Made by a program: the position numbers and the translations under genes. 64,000 bases of DNA from the human T2T-CHM13v2.0 reference genome, Homo sapiens. The DNA is taken from NCBI RefSeq assembly GCF_009914755.1, contig NC_060937.1. One strand, 5' to 3'. This document shows, piece after piece, positions 26,376-38,662 of the stretch. Position 1 is the first letter of the stretch, and each line of letters starts with the position of its first letter. The notes beneath the pieces are model-generated. The model ran no database searches. It had not been told where the DNA came from and saw only the letters and a list, made by a program, of their open reading frames with translations.

Positions 26376-29300
26376 ATTCACTCATCAGTTGATAGAGCTT
26401 TGGATTGTTTTTACTTTTTGGTTATGAATAATGCTCCTGTAAATATATGTGTACAAATTTTTGTGTATGTTTCTAATCCTCTTGAGTATATAAGTAACAT
26501 TTCTGGGTCATATGGTGACTCCATGTTTAAGTTTTGGGGAACTTTCACACTGCTTTCCATAGCATCTGCCACATTCTGTATTTCCACAAGACAAGAATTG
26601 GAGTTCCAACTTTCCATACCCTCATCAACACTTATTATCTTTTTGATCATAGTAAGCTGGCACGTATGAAGCAATATCTCATTGTGGATTTGATATGCAT
26701 TTCCCCGATGACTTATGATGTTGAATACGTCTGCCTACATTTATTGGCCATTTGTATATTGTCTTTGAGGACGTTCTATTCAAATCCTTTGACCATTTTA
26801 TAAATTAGGTGACTGGTCTTTTTATTGTTGAGTTGTAAGAGTACCTTTCATATTCTGGTTACTAGACCTATGTCAGGTATATAATTTGAAAATCTCCCAT
26901 CCTGTAGATTTGTCTTTTCACTTTCTTGGTGTTGTCTCTGTGAAGGACAAAAGGTTATAATTTCAATAATATCCAGTTTATCTATTTTTTTTATTTTGTT
27001 GCTTGTGTTTTTGGTGCCATATTTAAGAACCATTGCCTACTTCAAGGTCATGAAGTTCTGTGCCTAAGTTTTCTTCCAAGAGTTTTGCAGTTTTAGCACT
27101 TACGTTTAAGTCTTTGATCCATTTTCAGTTAAACTTTGTATAGGGTATCATGTAAAGGTCCAACTTTATTTGTTTGCATTGTGTATCCAATCGTCCCAGC
27201 ACGATTTGTTGAAAAGACAACTCTTTGCCCATTGAATTGTCTTGGCACCTTGATTGAAAATTGATTGACTCTAAGTGTGATGGTTGATTTTTGGACTCTC
27301 AGTTCTTCTCCTCCATTGATCTATGAGTCTATTCTTATGCTCAGACGACACTGCCTTGTTTATTTTAGCTTTGTAGTAAGTTTTGAAATCAAGAAATGTA
27401 TCGTCCAACTTCTTTTACAAGATTGTCTTGGCAGTTTTGGGTCTCTTGCATTTCCATATACATTTTAGGCTTACCTTAAAATGTCTGCAAAAAAGCCAGC
27501 TGGGATTTTGATAGCATCAAATCTGGGGCATTTTCCCATCTTAATACTATTCAGTCTCTTGTTCTGTAAACAGTGAATGTCTTTTTATTTTTTTAGGTCT
27601 TCTTTAATTGTTTTCAGTAACATTTTATAGTTCTTAGTGTACAAGTTTTGCATTTATTTTGTTAAATTTTTATGCTATTGTAAATGTAATTGGTTTTGAA
27701 TTTTATTTTTAGATAGCTCATTAGTAGTATATAGACATAAAATTGATATTTGCTTGTATCTTGAAACAGGGCAGAACTTGTTTATACTAATTTTTGTGTG
27801 TGTGGATTTTGGGGATATCATATATGCACACTTAGGTCATTTGTGAATAGAGATGGTTTTACTTCTTTCTTTACAATCTGAATGCTTTTCTCCCCTTACC
27901 TAATTGCTCTGGCTAGAATATCCAGTACAATGTTGAATAAAATTCTTAAAAGCACTTCTTTTTTTGTCTTGTTCCTGATTTTAGTAGAAAATATTTCAGT
28001 ATGTCATTATTATACATGATATTAACTGTGGATTTTTATATATGTCTTCTCTGAAGTTGAGAAAGTTCCTTTCTATTCATAATTTGTTGATTGTTTTTTA
28101 TCAGCAAAGGATGTTGGGATTTGTCAAATGATTTATCTTGTGAGTTAACCATGTGGCATTTATTCTTTATTTTATTAGCATGATCAGTTTTCATATGTAT
28201 TCACTTTTCTTTTCTTGTGATGTCTTTGCCTGGCTTTGGGATCACAGTAATACTAGCTTAATGTAAAGAGTTAAGAATTATTCCCTTCTCTTCTGTTTTT
28301 TGAAGAGTTTATAAAGAAAAAGTATTCATTATTCTTTAAATATTTGGTAATATTTACCATTGAAATTATTTGGTCTTTGTGGGAAATTATTTGATTATCA
28401 ATTAAATCTCTTGTTACAGGTCTATTCAGATTTTTTTTTCTTGAGTCAGTTTCAGTAGCTTGTTTCTTTCTAGGCATTTGCACCTTTTATCTAAGTTATC
28501 TAATTCATTGGCATGTAACTGTTCATAGCATTCACTTGTAATCCTTTTTATTTCTGTTAGGAGTATTATTCCTTTCTTCATTCCTGATTTTAGTGATTTG
28601 AATCTTCTTTTTCTTCGCAGTCTAAAGTGTATCAATATTATTGATCTTTGAAAAGAGAAAAGCTTTTGCTTTTGTTGATTTTCTCTATTGGTTTTAATTC
28701 CTGATTTTACTTGTTTCTATCTACTCTCATCTTTACTATTTTCTTCCTTTTGCTTGCTTTAGATTTATTTTTCTCCTCATTTTTCAATGTCTTAAGAGCG
28801 TTAGCTTACTGATTTGAAATTTTTATTTTTTTAAAAAGGTACATATTTACAGCTATAAATACTCTGAAAAGCACTGGCTTAGTTGCATCCCGTAAGTTTT
28901 GTTATGCTGTGTCCTTGTTTTCAATCATCTCAATGTGCTTCCTAATTTCCTTTGTGATTTCTTCTTTGACTCATGGGTTATTTAGGAGGATGTAAATTTA
29001 TTTCCACCTTTTAATTTTCCCAGATTTCCTTCCATTATTGATTTCTAGTTTCATTGCATTGTGATCAGAAATCATACTCTTTATTATCTTAATCATTTTA
29101 AATTTATTGAATTTTAAATTTAAATTTAAATCCTTTAAAAAAGTTTTAATAAATTTAGAATTACTGAATACACTATGGCCTAACATTTAGTCTATTCTGG
29201 AGAATGTTCCATGTTTACTTGAGAAGAGTATGTATTCTACTGTTGGATAAAATGTTATGTATGTATTGTTTAGGTTTAGTTGATGTATAGTGTTTTGTAG

Positions 29301-31420
29301 ACTTTCTATTTATCAATTGATCTTAAGTGTAATCGTTCCATTCATTATTAAAAGTCAGATACTGAAGTATTTGGGTATTATTATTAACTATTTCTACCTT
29401 CAATTCTGTCAGTTGTTGCTTCGTGTATTTTAGCCTCTGTTTTTAAATGCATATTGTTTATAGTTGTTATATCTTCTTGATAGATTGATCTTTTATCATT
29501 AAAATTGTCCTACTTTGTCTTTAGCAGCAGCTTTGTCTCAAAGTTTATTTTAGTATAGCTATGCCAGCTCATTTTTGGTTATTGTTTGCACAGTATATCT
29601 TTATCCATCCCTTCACTTTCAACCTACTTATGTCATTTGAAATAAAGTATATCACTGCAGACAGCATATAGTTGAATCATGCCATTTTTATTCATCCTGC
29701 CAATATCTATCTTTTGACTAGAGCATTTAATTCATTCATATTTTATGTAGTTATTTATAAGGTCTGGTTTACATCTGCCATTTTGCTAATTGTTTTCTAT
29801 ACGCCTTATGTCTTTTGGGTTCCCATATCTTATCATTACTGTTTCCCTTTGTGCTAAATGTATATTTTCTAGTGTACAATTTTAAGTCCCTTGTTTCTTT
29901 TAGTATATTGTTTGAGTTATGGAGTTATTTTCTTAGTAGTTGACCGAGGATTACCATTAGTATCTTAAAATCATCTAGTTTGGATTAATACCAATTTAAT
30001 TCTAATTGTACACAAAACTTTACTCCTCTGTAGCTTTATCCTCCCCCATTTATGGTGTTATTATCCTATAATTGGCATCTTTACAGAATGCATGTCTATC
30101 ATCACAGATCTATAATTGTTGCTTTATGCTATTTCCTTTTAAATCAGATAGGAGAAGAAAGGTACAAACAAAAAATACTTTTATGCTGTGTTTTATATTT
30201 AGCTATATTACATTTACTGGTGGTACTTTAGAAAAAAATTCTTTATTTGGATGTGAGTTACAGTCTAATGTTCTTTCATTCCACCCTGAAAGATTCTAGT
30301 ATTTCTTGTGGGGCAGATCTGACAGTGAAAGTCTCTCAGGTTTTTGTTTATTTGGAAATGTCTTAATTTCTCCTTCATTTTTGAAGAACAGTTTTGCTGG
30401 ATACGGAACTCTTACTTGACTTTCTTTTCTTTCAGCATTTTGTAAATGTTACTCCACTGCCTTCTTGCCTTTATAGTTTCTAATGTAAAACCAGCTGTGG
30501 ATCTTATCGAGAATCCCTCGTATGTCATGAAGCACTTCCCTGTTGCTGCTTTCAAGAGTTTCTTTGAAAATTTGTCTTTGTCAAAAGATACCCTACTTGG
30601 AATTCAGAGAGCTCCTTGGTTATATAGATTAATGTTTTTTATTCAATTTGGGAAGTTTTTTGCCATTATTTCTTCAAATAGTCTTTCTTTCCCTTTTTGT
30701 CTTTCCTTTCATTCTGAGACTCCCATTACACATATGTTTATTTATTTGATCATTTCCCACAGGTTTCTGAGGCTCTCTTTATTTCCCTTCATTTTCTTTC
30801 TTCTGTTTCTCAGAATGAATAATCTCAGTTGATGTATCTCTAAGTTTGCCGATTCTTTAACCTTACTAAAATCTGCTATTGGTTCCTTCTGGTGAATTTT
30901 TAATTTCAGTTACTGTAGTTTTTAGCTCCAGACTTTCTATTTGGTTATTTTCTTATAATTTCTGCCTCTGTATTGATATTTTTGATTTGGTGAGACATTG
31001 TTTTCATACTTTCCATTGGTTCTTTGAGCATATTAACAATAGAAGATTTAAATAAAGGCTTTGTCTAAAAAGTTCAATGTCTGGGCTTCCCCGGGAATAA
31101 TTTGTATCACATATCTTTTTCTTTGTGTGTGGGTCACACTTTCTTGTCTCTTTCCTTGTCCCACAGCTTTTTGTTGAGAGCTGGACATTTTATGTAATAT
31201 AATGCACCAACTCTGGAAATCAGATTCTTCCCCTTCCTCCAGGCTGGTTGTTATTCTTTGTTTAGTAAATTTCCTAAACAAATTTTATAAAGTCTATAAT
31301 TTTTAAAATCATATGTGGCCAATGAAGTCTCTGCTCAGTTATCTTAGTGGTCAACTAATGATTAGACAAAAATGTCTAAGGTCTTAAATGTCTGGAACCA
31401 AGAAGTCTCCCATTTTTGCT
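26376..31420 (-). mobile_element. About 5 kb decayed L1M (L1MC/MD-like) spanning 3'UTR, ORF2 and the 5' region
   Basis: Minus-strand remnants match L1 ORF2p: TEIKRITSECYEQLHANELDNLDK (ORF 28426-28635; compare [24 protein letters not shown]) and ISDHNAMKLEINN (ORF 28998-29186, endonuclease C-terminal SDH motif); many stops and frameshifts. Confidence 0.88.
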
Positions 31421-32559
31421 GAGGGTCCAGGCTGAGTGTTCTCACTGTTCTTAAAGATCCTGCCTTTAACCTACATTTGGTTGATTGCAGTTCTGAACTG
31501 TTTCTGATTTTAGGGTTAATTTTTCCAACCCTGGGTTTTCTATTTGTTCCTTCAATAAAGAAGCATTTTAGAAGCTTTTTTTTTTTTCAAATATTTGTCT
31601 AGAGAATTTTATATAGCTTAGATATAACAGAAAATAGACATAATGGGATAATCTTAAGAATTATTATTTTTTAATAAGGACATTTAAAAAAAAAAGTCAG
31701 GTAGAGCAAGATAGACAAGCAAGATCTTCCTGGGGCTGGAAAGAGACCCCTTCCTCTGTCACCCTGTGAGCCCTGGGCTATACATTGGTTACCTACCACA
31801 GTTGGCACAGGCATCCTGACATTCAATATACAGGTATGTACACTTGTGTTTCACTGGCTAGGGGATCACAGAGCACAGAGGTCTTTGACATCTCTTATCA
31901 CCCAAAGTATGTGGCTCAGCACCGTGCTTATAGGACACTCTCAATACATTTTTTGACAGTGATGGCAAAAGATTGGATTTCCACACCCAGGTCTCTCCCT
32001 GGTTTGTTCAGAGCCTGGAGTATTTATTTACCCTCACTCCTCAAAATGGACCAATTCGTTCTTGTCATAAACGTAAGGTTTGCGGGACTTACTCTGGCAA
32101 TTACTTAAGGCTATCATTCATTCTGCAGAAATCGCTTTGTAAATCAGCTTGATTATTTGGCTCAGTTTATATTTGAAAATTTTGATATGGAGGAATTCAT
32201 TGCCCAACCAAAGACATACGCCCTATTCAAATGCACAGACAAATGCAGACCTCAGAAAACAAAACAAATGCACTCCCTATACCGTTCCTTTAGATCACTG
32301 GTCTCCGATTCCAAGCTTTAGTGGAAATAATGAAATGTCAGCCCTCGCATGCCACAAAATTCAAATCACAATGAAAAAGAGGGAAAGGCTGTTTGCCGTT
32401 TGCTTCAATATATACAGAACACCAAACAGTGATCTGGACACCAGCAATTTATGACGAGGCAAGGAAACAAACAAACAACAAACACAAATCCACAGGTGGG
32501 TTTATTTTTTAAAGTCCCTTCACAACAGCAGCAAACAGCCTTGGGCAGCAGGAAACCTT

Positions 32560-33420
32560 CAGACCCGCTTCTCATCCTGCGTGAGTCCTGGAGGCGGGAA
32601 CGTGGCTGGTTGAGGTTCAAAGACCTGCGCTCTAATTACCAGCATAATTAGAATAAGAACATGTTGCTCACTCCAGAGGGGCCCGCCCCGCGCCTCTGCT
32701 GCTCTGGGAGAAAGCGTGTTTAAGAATTCCCATGGAGTTGCATGGGAGGAAAAGCGACCCCACGCTGAGCTGCCAACGTGGTTGTCAGCGCGCCCCGTGT
32801 GATTTCGTGCCGCTGTTTTCAATGCGCTAACGAGGCACGTTATTCTTAGCCGCGTCCGGGAGGGGATCACATTCCTGCGCAGTTGCGCTGCTGGCGGAAG
32901 TGACTTGTTTTCTAACGACCCTCGTGACAGCCAGAGAATGTCCGTTTCTCGGAGCGCAGCACAGCCTGTCCCATCGAGAAGCCTCGGGTGAGGGGCCCGG
33001 TGGGCGCCCGGAGGCCGCTGGAGGGCTGTGGGAGGGACGGTGGCTCCCCACTCCCGTGGCGAAGGGCAGGCAAACCAGAAGCCTCTTTTGAGAGCCGTTT
33101 GGGATTGAGACGAGTAAGCCACAGCGAGTGGTTAGAAGTAGGTTAGGAAGAAGGGGAGGTAAGAAAGCCGAGTAGGGTTCTGGGCCGGAGCCGTTCACTG
33201 AGACAGGAACCCTGGGGGAGATGCGCTGTCTCCCTGGCGTCTCGGTGCAAATGCCCAGAGAGCGGCTGGAACCCCTCGAGGCTGGAGCACGGGGACGCCG
33301 GCCTGGGGTGTAGGTCTGGGAGCAGTCGGCCGTCAGGTAGTTCACGGACACCACGAGTCTGGAGGGGCAGCCCGAGCTGTTGGGGGGTGGCGGTGCTGTG
33401 GAGGGAGAAGGGTCTGGTTC
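32560..33420. promoter_or_regulatory. CpG island / candidate promoter
   Basis: Local high density of CG, CGCG and GCGC; GC box gcccgccccg near 32681; ETS/GABP-type gcggaagtg at 32894-32902; 5' splice-site matches with GT at 32988, 33114 and 33159. Confidence 0.75.
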
Positions 33421-33964
33421 TGCCCCAGGGGCTGGGAGCAGCGACAGTGAGGGAGTGGGAAGGGAGGGGACCACAGAGAAGGCCAGGGAGGCAGTTGGGG
33501 GGCCAGGGACCCCAGCCCTGGAGCCATGGGCGCAGGAGAACCATCTACCGGGGGCCTAAGGGACTGAGTAGCACCCACTGGGAGTCATCACCCCGGGTTC
33601 CGGGCAAAGCTGGCTCATGGGCAGGGAGAGGAAGCAGACCTGGGTGACTGGAAGAGCAGGAAAAGTGAGAAGTCTGGGAGAGGGGGTGGTAGCAGGAGGG
33701 TCTTAGGAGCAGGAAAAGACTTTACAGAACACCCCAGGGGAGACTTAGGAAGAGGAAATCCGGAGGCCTGGGGCTCGGTGGGGGTCCTGAAGGGCGTGCA
33801 CCTTCTCCAGCTTCCCAGAGACCGTGACAAAAGACATCATTCTACGCTGCACAAAAGCAGCCAGAGGCGGCCTCTCCCACGCTCCGGGAGCGAAGGGAAT
33901 GATCTGGCTAGAGAGCAGCACTCCAGGGTGACTCCGTCCTGCTGTCTAACCGGCCTCCGGCAGA

Positions 33965-34240
33965 GTGGCAGATCATCTGACTCTCTGAACCACTCTGAAC
34001 ATCAGTCTCTTCATCTCTAAATGAGGGTGCTGGCCGTGTGGATCCGCAGGGGTATCCTGAGGTTTGCCACGTACAAAAAGCTTAGGACAGTAAATACTAA
34101 TAGGCTGGTGCAAAATAAATTGCGTTTTTGTCACTAAAAAAAAGTAGCAAAACCCGCAATTATTTTCCACCAACCTAATATTAAATGTGAGTGACTGGGT
34201 CAACTTGATGCAGCTTTCTGATCCCTGCTCAACCTGCGAC
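33965..34240. mobile_element. MIR fragment hosting MADE1
   Basis: ctctgaacatcagtctcttcatctctaaatgaggg resembles the MIR core; aaaagcttaggacagt follows. Confidence 0.5.
34100..34178. mobile_element. MADE1 (Hsmar1-derived MITE)
   Basis: About 80-bp imperfect palindrome taggctggtgcaaaataaattgcgtttttg...caaaacccgcaattattttccaccaacctaa flanked by TA (34098-99, 34179-80). Confidence 0.92.
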
Positions 34241-34489
34241 CAGCTTCTAGGAGGACAGGAGTGGCCTGTGGCCGTGGGTCTTAAGGGCAAGAGAACAACA
34301 GAGAGATGTTTCTGGCCCCTCTTGTGTGAAATGAAGACTTTTTAATGTGAATGTAGAAGTAAGTCTTGGGAGCAAAAACAAAATCAGACCCTGGAGAATG
34401 GCAGAAACTCCAAAGGAGTTGAATGCTGGAGAACCCCAGGCGAAGTTAAATCAACTCGACAGAAGAGCACAGACATGTGATGGGGCACC

Positions 34490-34680
34490 AGGTGGGGGTG
34501 ACAGGACGGCACAAGCTGCCTTCTGGGGTGATGGAATGCTCTGTAGCTTGCTCAGGATGTGGGGTACTCACAAACGAGCACTGGTCAGAACTCATTGAAT
34601 GGTAGCACTTGAGATCTGACCAGTTCAATACATGCTCACTAGACCTCACTCTAAAAAAGGAAAAGGAGAAAAAAAAAAGA
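34490..34680 (+). mobile_element. Old L1M 3' terminus
   Basis: ttctggggtgatggaatgctctgtagcttg...gtcagaactcattgaa...cacttgagatctg followed by an A-rich tail. Confidence 0.55.
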
Positions 34681-34777
34681 GTTAGAAACTAAGGGCTAGA
34701 GGAAATATGTGACAGACAAGGAAAGGCTTCTGTAAGCAGAATGTGTCTTTTCCATGGGGAAATATGAACGATATGTC

Positions 34778-35395
34778 TATACACATGTGCACATATGAAC
34801 ATGAATCTGTGAATGTGCACACACATGCATACACATGTACATGCACACATACGCACAAATGCATGTGTGTACACCCGCGTGGGAGCGTATACACATGTAC
34901 ATGAGCACGTATGCACAAATGCATGTGTGTACACCCACGTAGGAGCATATACATAAGTACATACACATGTACACACAAATGCATGTGTGTGCACCCGCAT
35001 GAGAGTGTATACATATGTACATGCACAAATGCATGTGTGTACACCCGTGTGGGAGTATATACAGATGTACATGCACAAATGCATGTGTGTACACCCGCAT
35101 GAGAGCATATACATATGTACATGCAAAAATACATGTGTGTACACCCGCATGGGAGCGTATACATAAACCCTAACATGTACATGCACACGTATGCACAAAT
35201 ACATGTGTGTACACCCATGTGGGAGTATTTGCAGATGTACATGCACATGCATGCACAAATGCATATGTGTACTGTGTGTACACCCACATGGGAGCATATA
35301 CATATGTATACATATGCACATGAATACACACATGGGCATTTATCCATGCATACATGTACACACACGTGCATGCATATGTATAAACCCAACACACG
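34778..35395. repeat. Alternating purine-pyrimidine (CA/TG/TA) array with a higher-order 50-70 bp unit
   Basis: Anchor (a/g)caccc...g(g/a)gag at 34871, 34931, 34991, 35041, 35091, 35141, 35211 and 35280. Confidence 0.93.
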
Positions 35396-35779
35396 CAGAT
35401 GAAAGTGAAAGAGGACACAGAAAAGTGAGTCTGGGCTTTTGCCAACTCACACTTCTACTTGAACAAGTCAACAGGTGGTCCCTGCCCAGTGCACATCAAA
35501 AAGGCCTGTGCATCCCTCACGGTCCACCCTCTGCACTGCACGGACACTTGGCATTTCCCAACAGAGCCAGGGCCCATCGGAAACGTGGGTTGGGTTCAGA
35601 GGTCGGTTTCCATGGCATCCTGCCACATTCCAGCTGCTGGTCTCGCACATAGCCGTCTAACTTCCCCACACATCAGTCGTCATCCTACAGCTGCAGACGA
35701 GCAGAGCAAAGAGAGAACACATGTGTAAGGCACTTATCCTGCACCCAAAACAGACACGTGCTCAGTACAGGATGGCTCA

Positions 35780-35838
35780 CACCATCTCCGTCGTCATTAT
35801 CACCGTCATCGTCACCTCATCATCATCGCCATCACCAT
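35780..35838. repeat. Degenerate (CAT/CGT/CAC)n triplet tract
   Basis: ccatctccgtcgtcattatcaccgtcatcgtcacctcatcatcatcgccatcaccat. Confidence 0.75.
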
Positions 35839-36225
35839 AAGGGGAACAGCTCTGCCTTCTCCAGGATCTCTTCTTTAGCCATGATCTGTCTTTGGAACCC
35901 TAATGGAACAGAGAAAGACAGCGTTACAAAGGCAGGCTCCAGGCCCCACACAGTGGGCAGGCCCCGTTCCCAGTGGGCCCTCAGCTCCGAGAGCAGGAGG
36001 CTGGGAAGGCTTGTGCTGGGTACAGGGCCAGGTGGGTCCTGCACGTGTGAATGGGCACAGAGGTGGGAAAGGCATCTAGGGTGGGAGGAGCCACACACAC
36101 AAAGGCTCTGAGCTAGGAAAGGGCAGACAGCTAGCGGAGTTCGCGTGGAGGCCTCTGGGTGTTGCAGCTGGTGCCAGCTTGGGCACCCTGTGTCAGTCCT
36201 GAACAGAGGAGACATGCTCCCTGTC

Positions 36226-36479
36226 TGCTTTAGTCCATTCTCACACTGCTGGAAAGAACGGTCCGAGACTGGGTAATTTATAAACAAAGGAGGTTTAATC
36301 GACACAGTTCCGCATGGCTGGGGAGGCCTCAGGAAACTTACAATGATGGCACAAGGGGAAGCAGGCACATCTCACCCTGTGGCAGGTGAGAGAGAGCATG
36401 TGAAGGAGGAACTGTATAAAACCATCGGATCTGGTGAGAACTCACTATCACAAGGACAGCATGGGGGAAACCACCCCCA
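36226..36479 (-). mobile_element. THE1/MSTA LTR fragment
   Basis: tagtccattctcacactgct...gagactgggtaatttataaacaaaggaggtttaat...gcatggctggggaggcctcaggaaacttacaat. Confidence 0.9.
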
Positions 36480-36569
36480 AACAGAGGAGCCATTTGAACA
36501 TGTCCAGGCTCTCTGAGGAAGTCACACCCAGAATCTGAGCACCTTTATAAGGATGGAGGCCAAGGTTCC

Positions 36570-36858
36570 AGCTCTACCCAGTTTCTGTGCTGAAACCTAG
36601 CCTCCAATGCCGTAGTATTGAGAGGTGGAGCTTTGGGAGGGGATTAGGTCAGGAGGACAGAGCCTGCATAAATGGGATTAATGACTTATAAAAGAGGCAC
36701 CACTCACAAAGCAGAAAAAGCCCTTACCAGACACGGAATCTGCCAGCACCGTGATCTTGGACTTCTCAGCTTCTAGAATGGTGAGCAACACGTTTCTGGT
36801 GTTTAACAATCACTCAGTCTGAGATGTTTTGTTATTGCAGCTTCAGCAAAGTAAGGTA
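36570..36858 (+). mobile_element. MLT1A/MST-like LTR
   Basis: gtattgagaggtggagctttgggagg...aatgggattaatg...gaatctgccagcaccgtgatcttggacttctcagcttctagaa. Confidence 0.8.
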
Positions 36859-37769
36859 GTCACTAGCAAGCCCAGGCTGCAGGATGCCCTCTGTACGAGC
36901 CAGGTGCCTGCTCCCTGAGCCCCAGAGTGTAGCCGTGGCAGCTGTGCCCACGTGGCCTCAGCCCCTGTGGCGTGATGGAGTTGGGGAGGTCATGCTTCCT
37001 GGGCTCCTCACTCCCAGGAGAAAGAAGGAGGGCCAGGATAGACATGCCCAGCGTTCCTCCCAGATGCACCAGGTCAGGCCCCCACCTCCCCAGGGTAGAG
37101 GGAGGCCCGAGTTACAGTGGAAGCCTCCTTCAGGGGAGGGCCATCCCCTCAGGAAAGAGAAACCTAAGATGTGGTTAGTGGTGAATTAGGAGGTGGGTGG
37201 AGGACGTGTGTCCAAAAGCCCTCAGGCCAGATAGCAAGTCCCGTGCTGGAGAGAGTGAGAGGGGTCCCCACGGTTGGGCCCAGAAAACGGGGTACAGTAC
37301 AAGAGGGAACAGAGGGCCATGCAGGGGACTCCGCTCTGATTCGGCCTCTGGGCGTGTTTCACAAGGAAACTCATCATGTTTTTAAACAACTTCTGTGGAA
37401 GACGTGGAGGAGGGCTGTGGGTAGGCCATCTCCATAGACAGACTGGGGAATTTTGTAAGGGTCAGTGAGACAGGATGGCACCCTTGCTGCTCCAGGATCT
37501 AGTGGCGGCTTGAGAAGGAGGTCGAGGGGACGGACAGCTAGGTGCTGAGCCACAGAGAAGGGGAGTGACTCAGGGAGGAGCAGGGACAGACCTCGGGCAG
37601 CAGGAAGCTCTGGAGTGATTTGGGACGGCAGCTCTGAGATGCCTGGGAGCTCCAGCAGGAACCCAGCGGGGACATCCATGCTTTGAGACAGCAACTCTGT
37701 GCTTCCTTCAGCTGCACCAGAAACTGATTCTAAAACGTTGAGATTTGCCCTTCTGAAGCCCAATTTTTA

Positions 37770-38079
37770 TTATTCTTATTTTATTTTTATTTTTTTGAGA
37801 CAGAGTCTCGCTCTGTCACCCAGGCTGGAGTGCAATGGTGCTATCTCAGCTCACTGCAACTTCCGCCTCCCAGTTCAAGTGATTCTTCTGCTTCAGCCTC
37901 CTGAGTAGCTGGGAATTACAGGCGTGTACCACCACACCTGGCTAATTTTTGTATTTTTAATAGAGATGGGGTTTCACCATGTTGGCCATGCTGGTCTCGA
38001 ACTCCTGACCCCAGGTGATCTGCCCGCCTCATCCTCCCAAAAGTGCTAGGATTACAGGCATAAGCCACCCTACCTGGCC
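37770..38079 (-). mobile_element. AluS
   Basis: T-rich tail and full antisense dimer; perfect 17-bp TSD ctgaagcccaattttta (37753-37769, 38090-38106). Confidence 0.96.
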
Positions 38080-38662
38080 AAAAGCAACCCTGAAGCCCAA
38101 TTTTTAAATGACATTAAAAGTGTATCACAAAAGTCAAATAGGCATATAAAAAAGATGCTCTGCATAATAAGATTGCTGGATCTAAAAACCAAAAATTGAA
38201 CAGTTTAAGACAGGAGGGAACTGGCTCCCATGAGGGCGTTGGGTTGGACAAATTCCCTCTGAGCATGTCCTGTTGCCGTGATCACACAGTTGTGGGCTCG
38301 CAGGGGACTGCTCCTTGCTCTGGGACGTGGCCAAGAGTTCAGATTCACCACTATAAATAGTAACACTGAAAAACTCCAGCTGAACCTTAGAACCCACCTT
38401 TGAGCCAGGTTTCAGCCAATTTATCTCATTCTGCAATTTCACCGTGAGTCACACTGCATATTCCACGGATAAATCTCAGAGTGTAAACATCTGCTTTGGC
38501 ATCCTTGGACAGAATGCAGACGCAGGCACACCAAAGCTCGGGTCTCGTCCTACGCCGGAAAAGATGGGGAAAGAATACAAAGTGGCATATGTGGTATTTA
38601 GTTTGGGGTCAAGGACAGTTGCTAAGTGAATCAACATCACACACAAAACACAGCCCACCCAC

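Noticed and set aside
26376-31420. Short ORFs with L1 ORF2p similarity as possible CDS
   Set aside because: Fragmented by stops and frameshifts; a dead retrotransposon
32559-33647. 187 and 215 aa minus-strand ORFs over the CpG island
   Set aside because: Pro/Arg/Ser-rich, several overlapping frames, expected from GC-rich stop-poor sequence; no recognisable protein
34682-35652. Overlapping 107-236 aa Cys/His/Met-rich ORFs
   Set aside because: Artefacts of the CA/TG array, which lacks stop codons; not zinc fingers or metallothioneins
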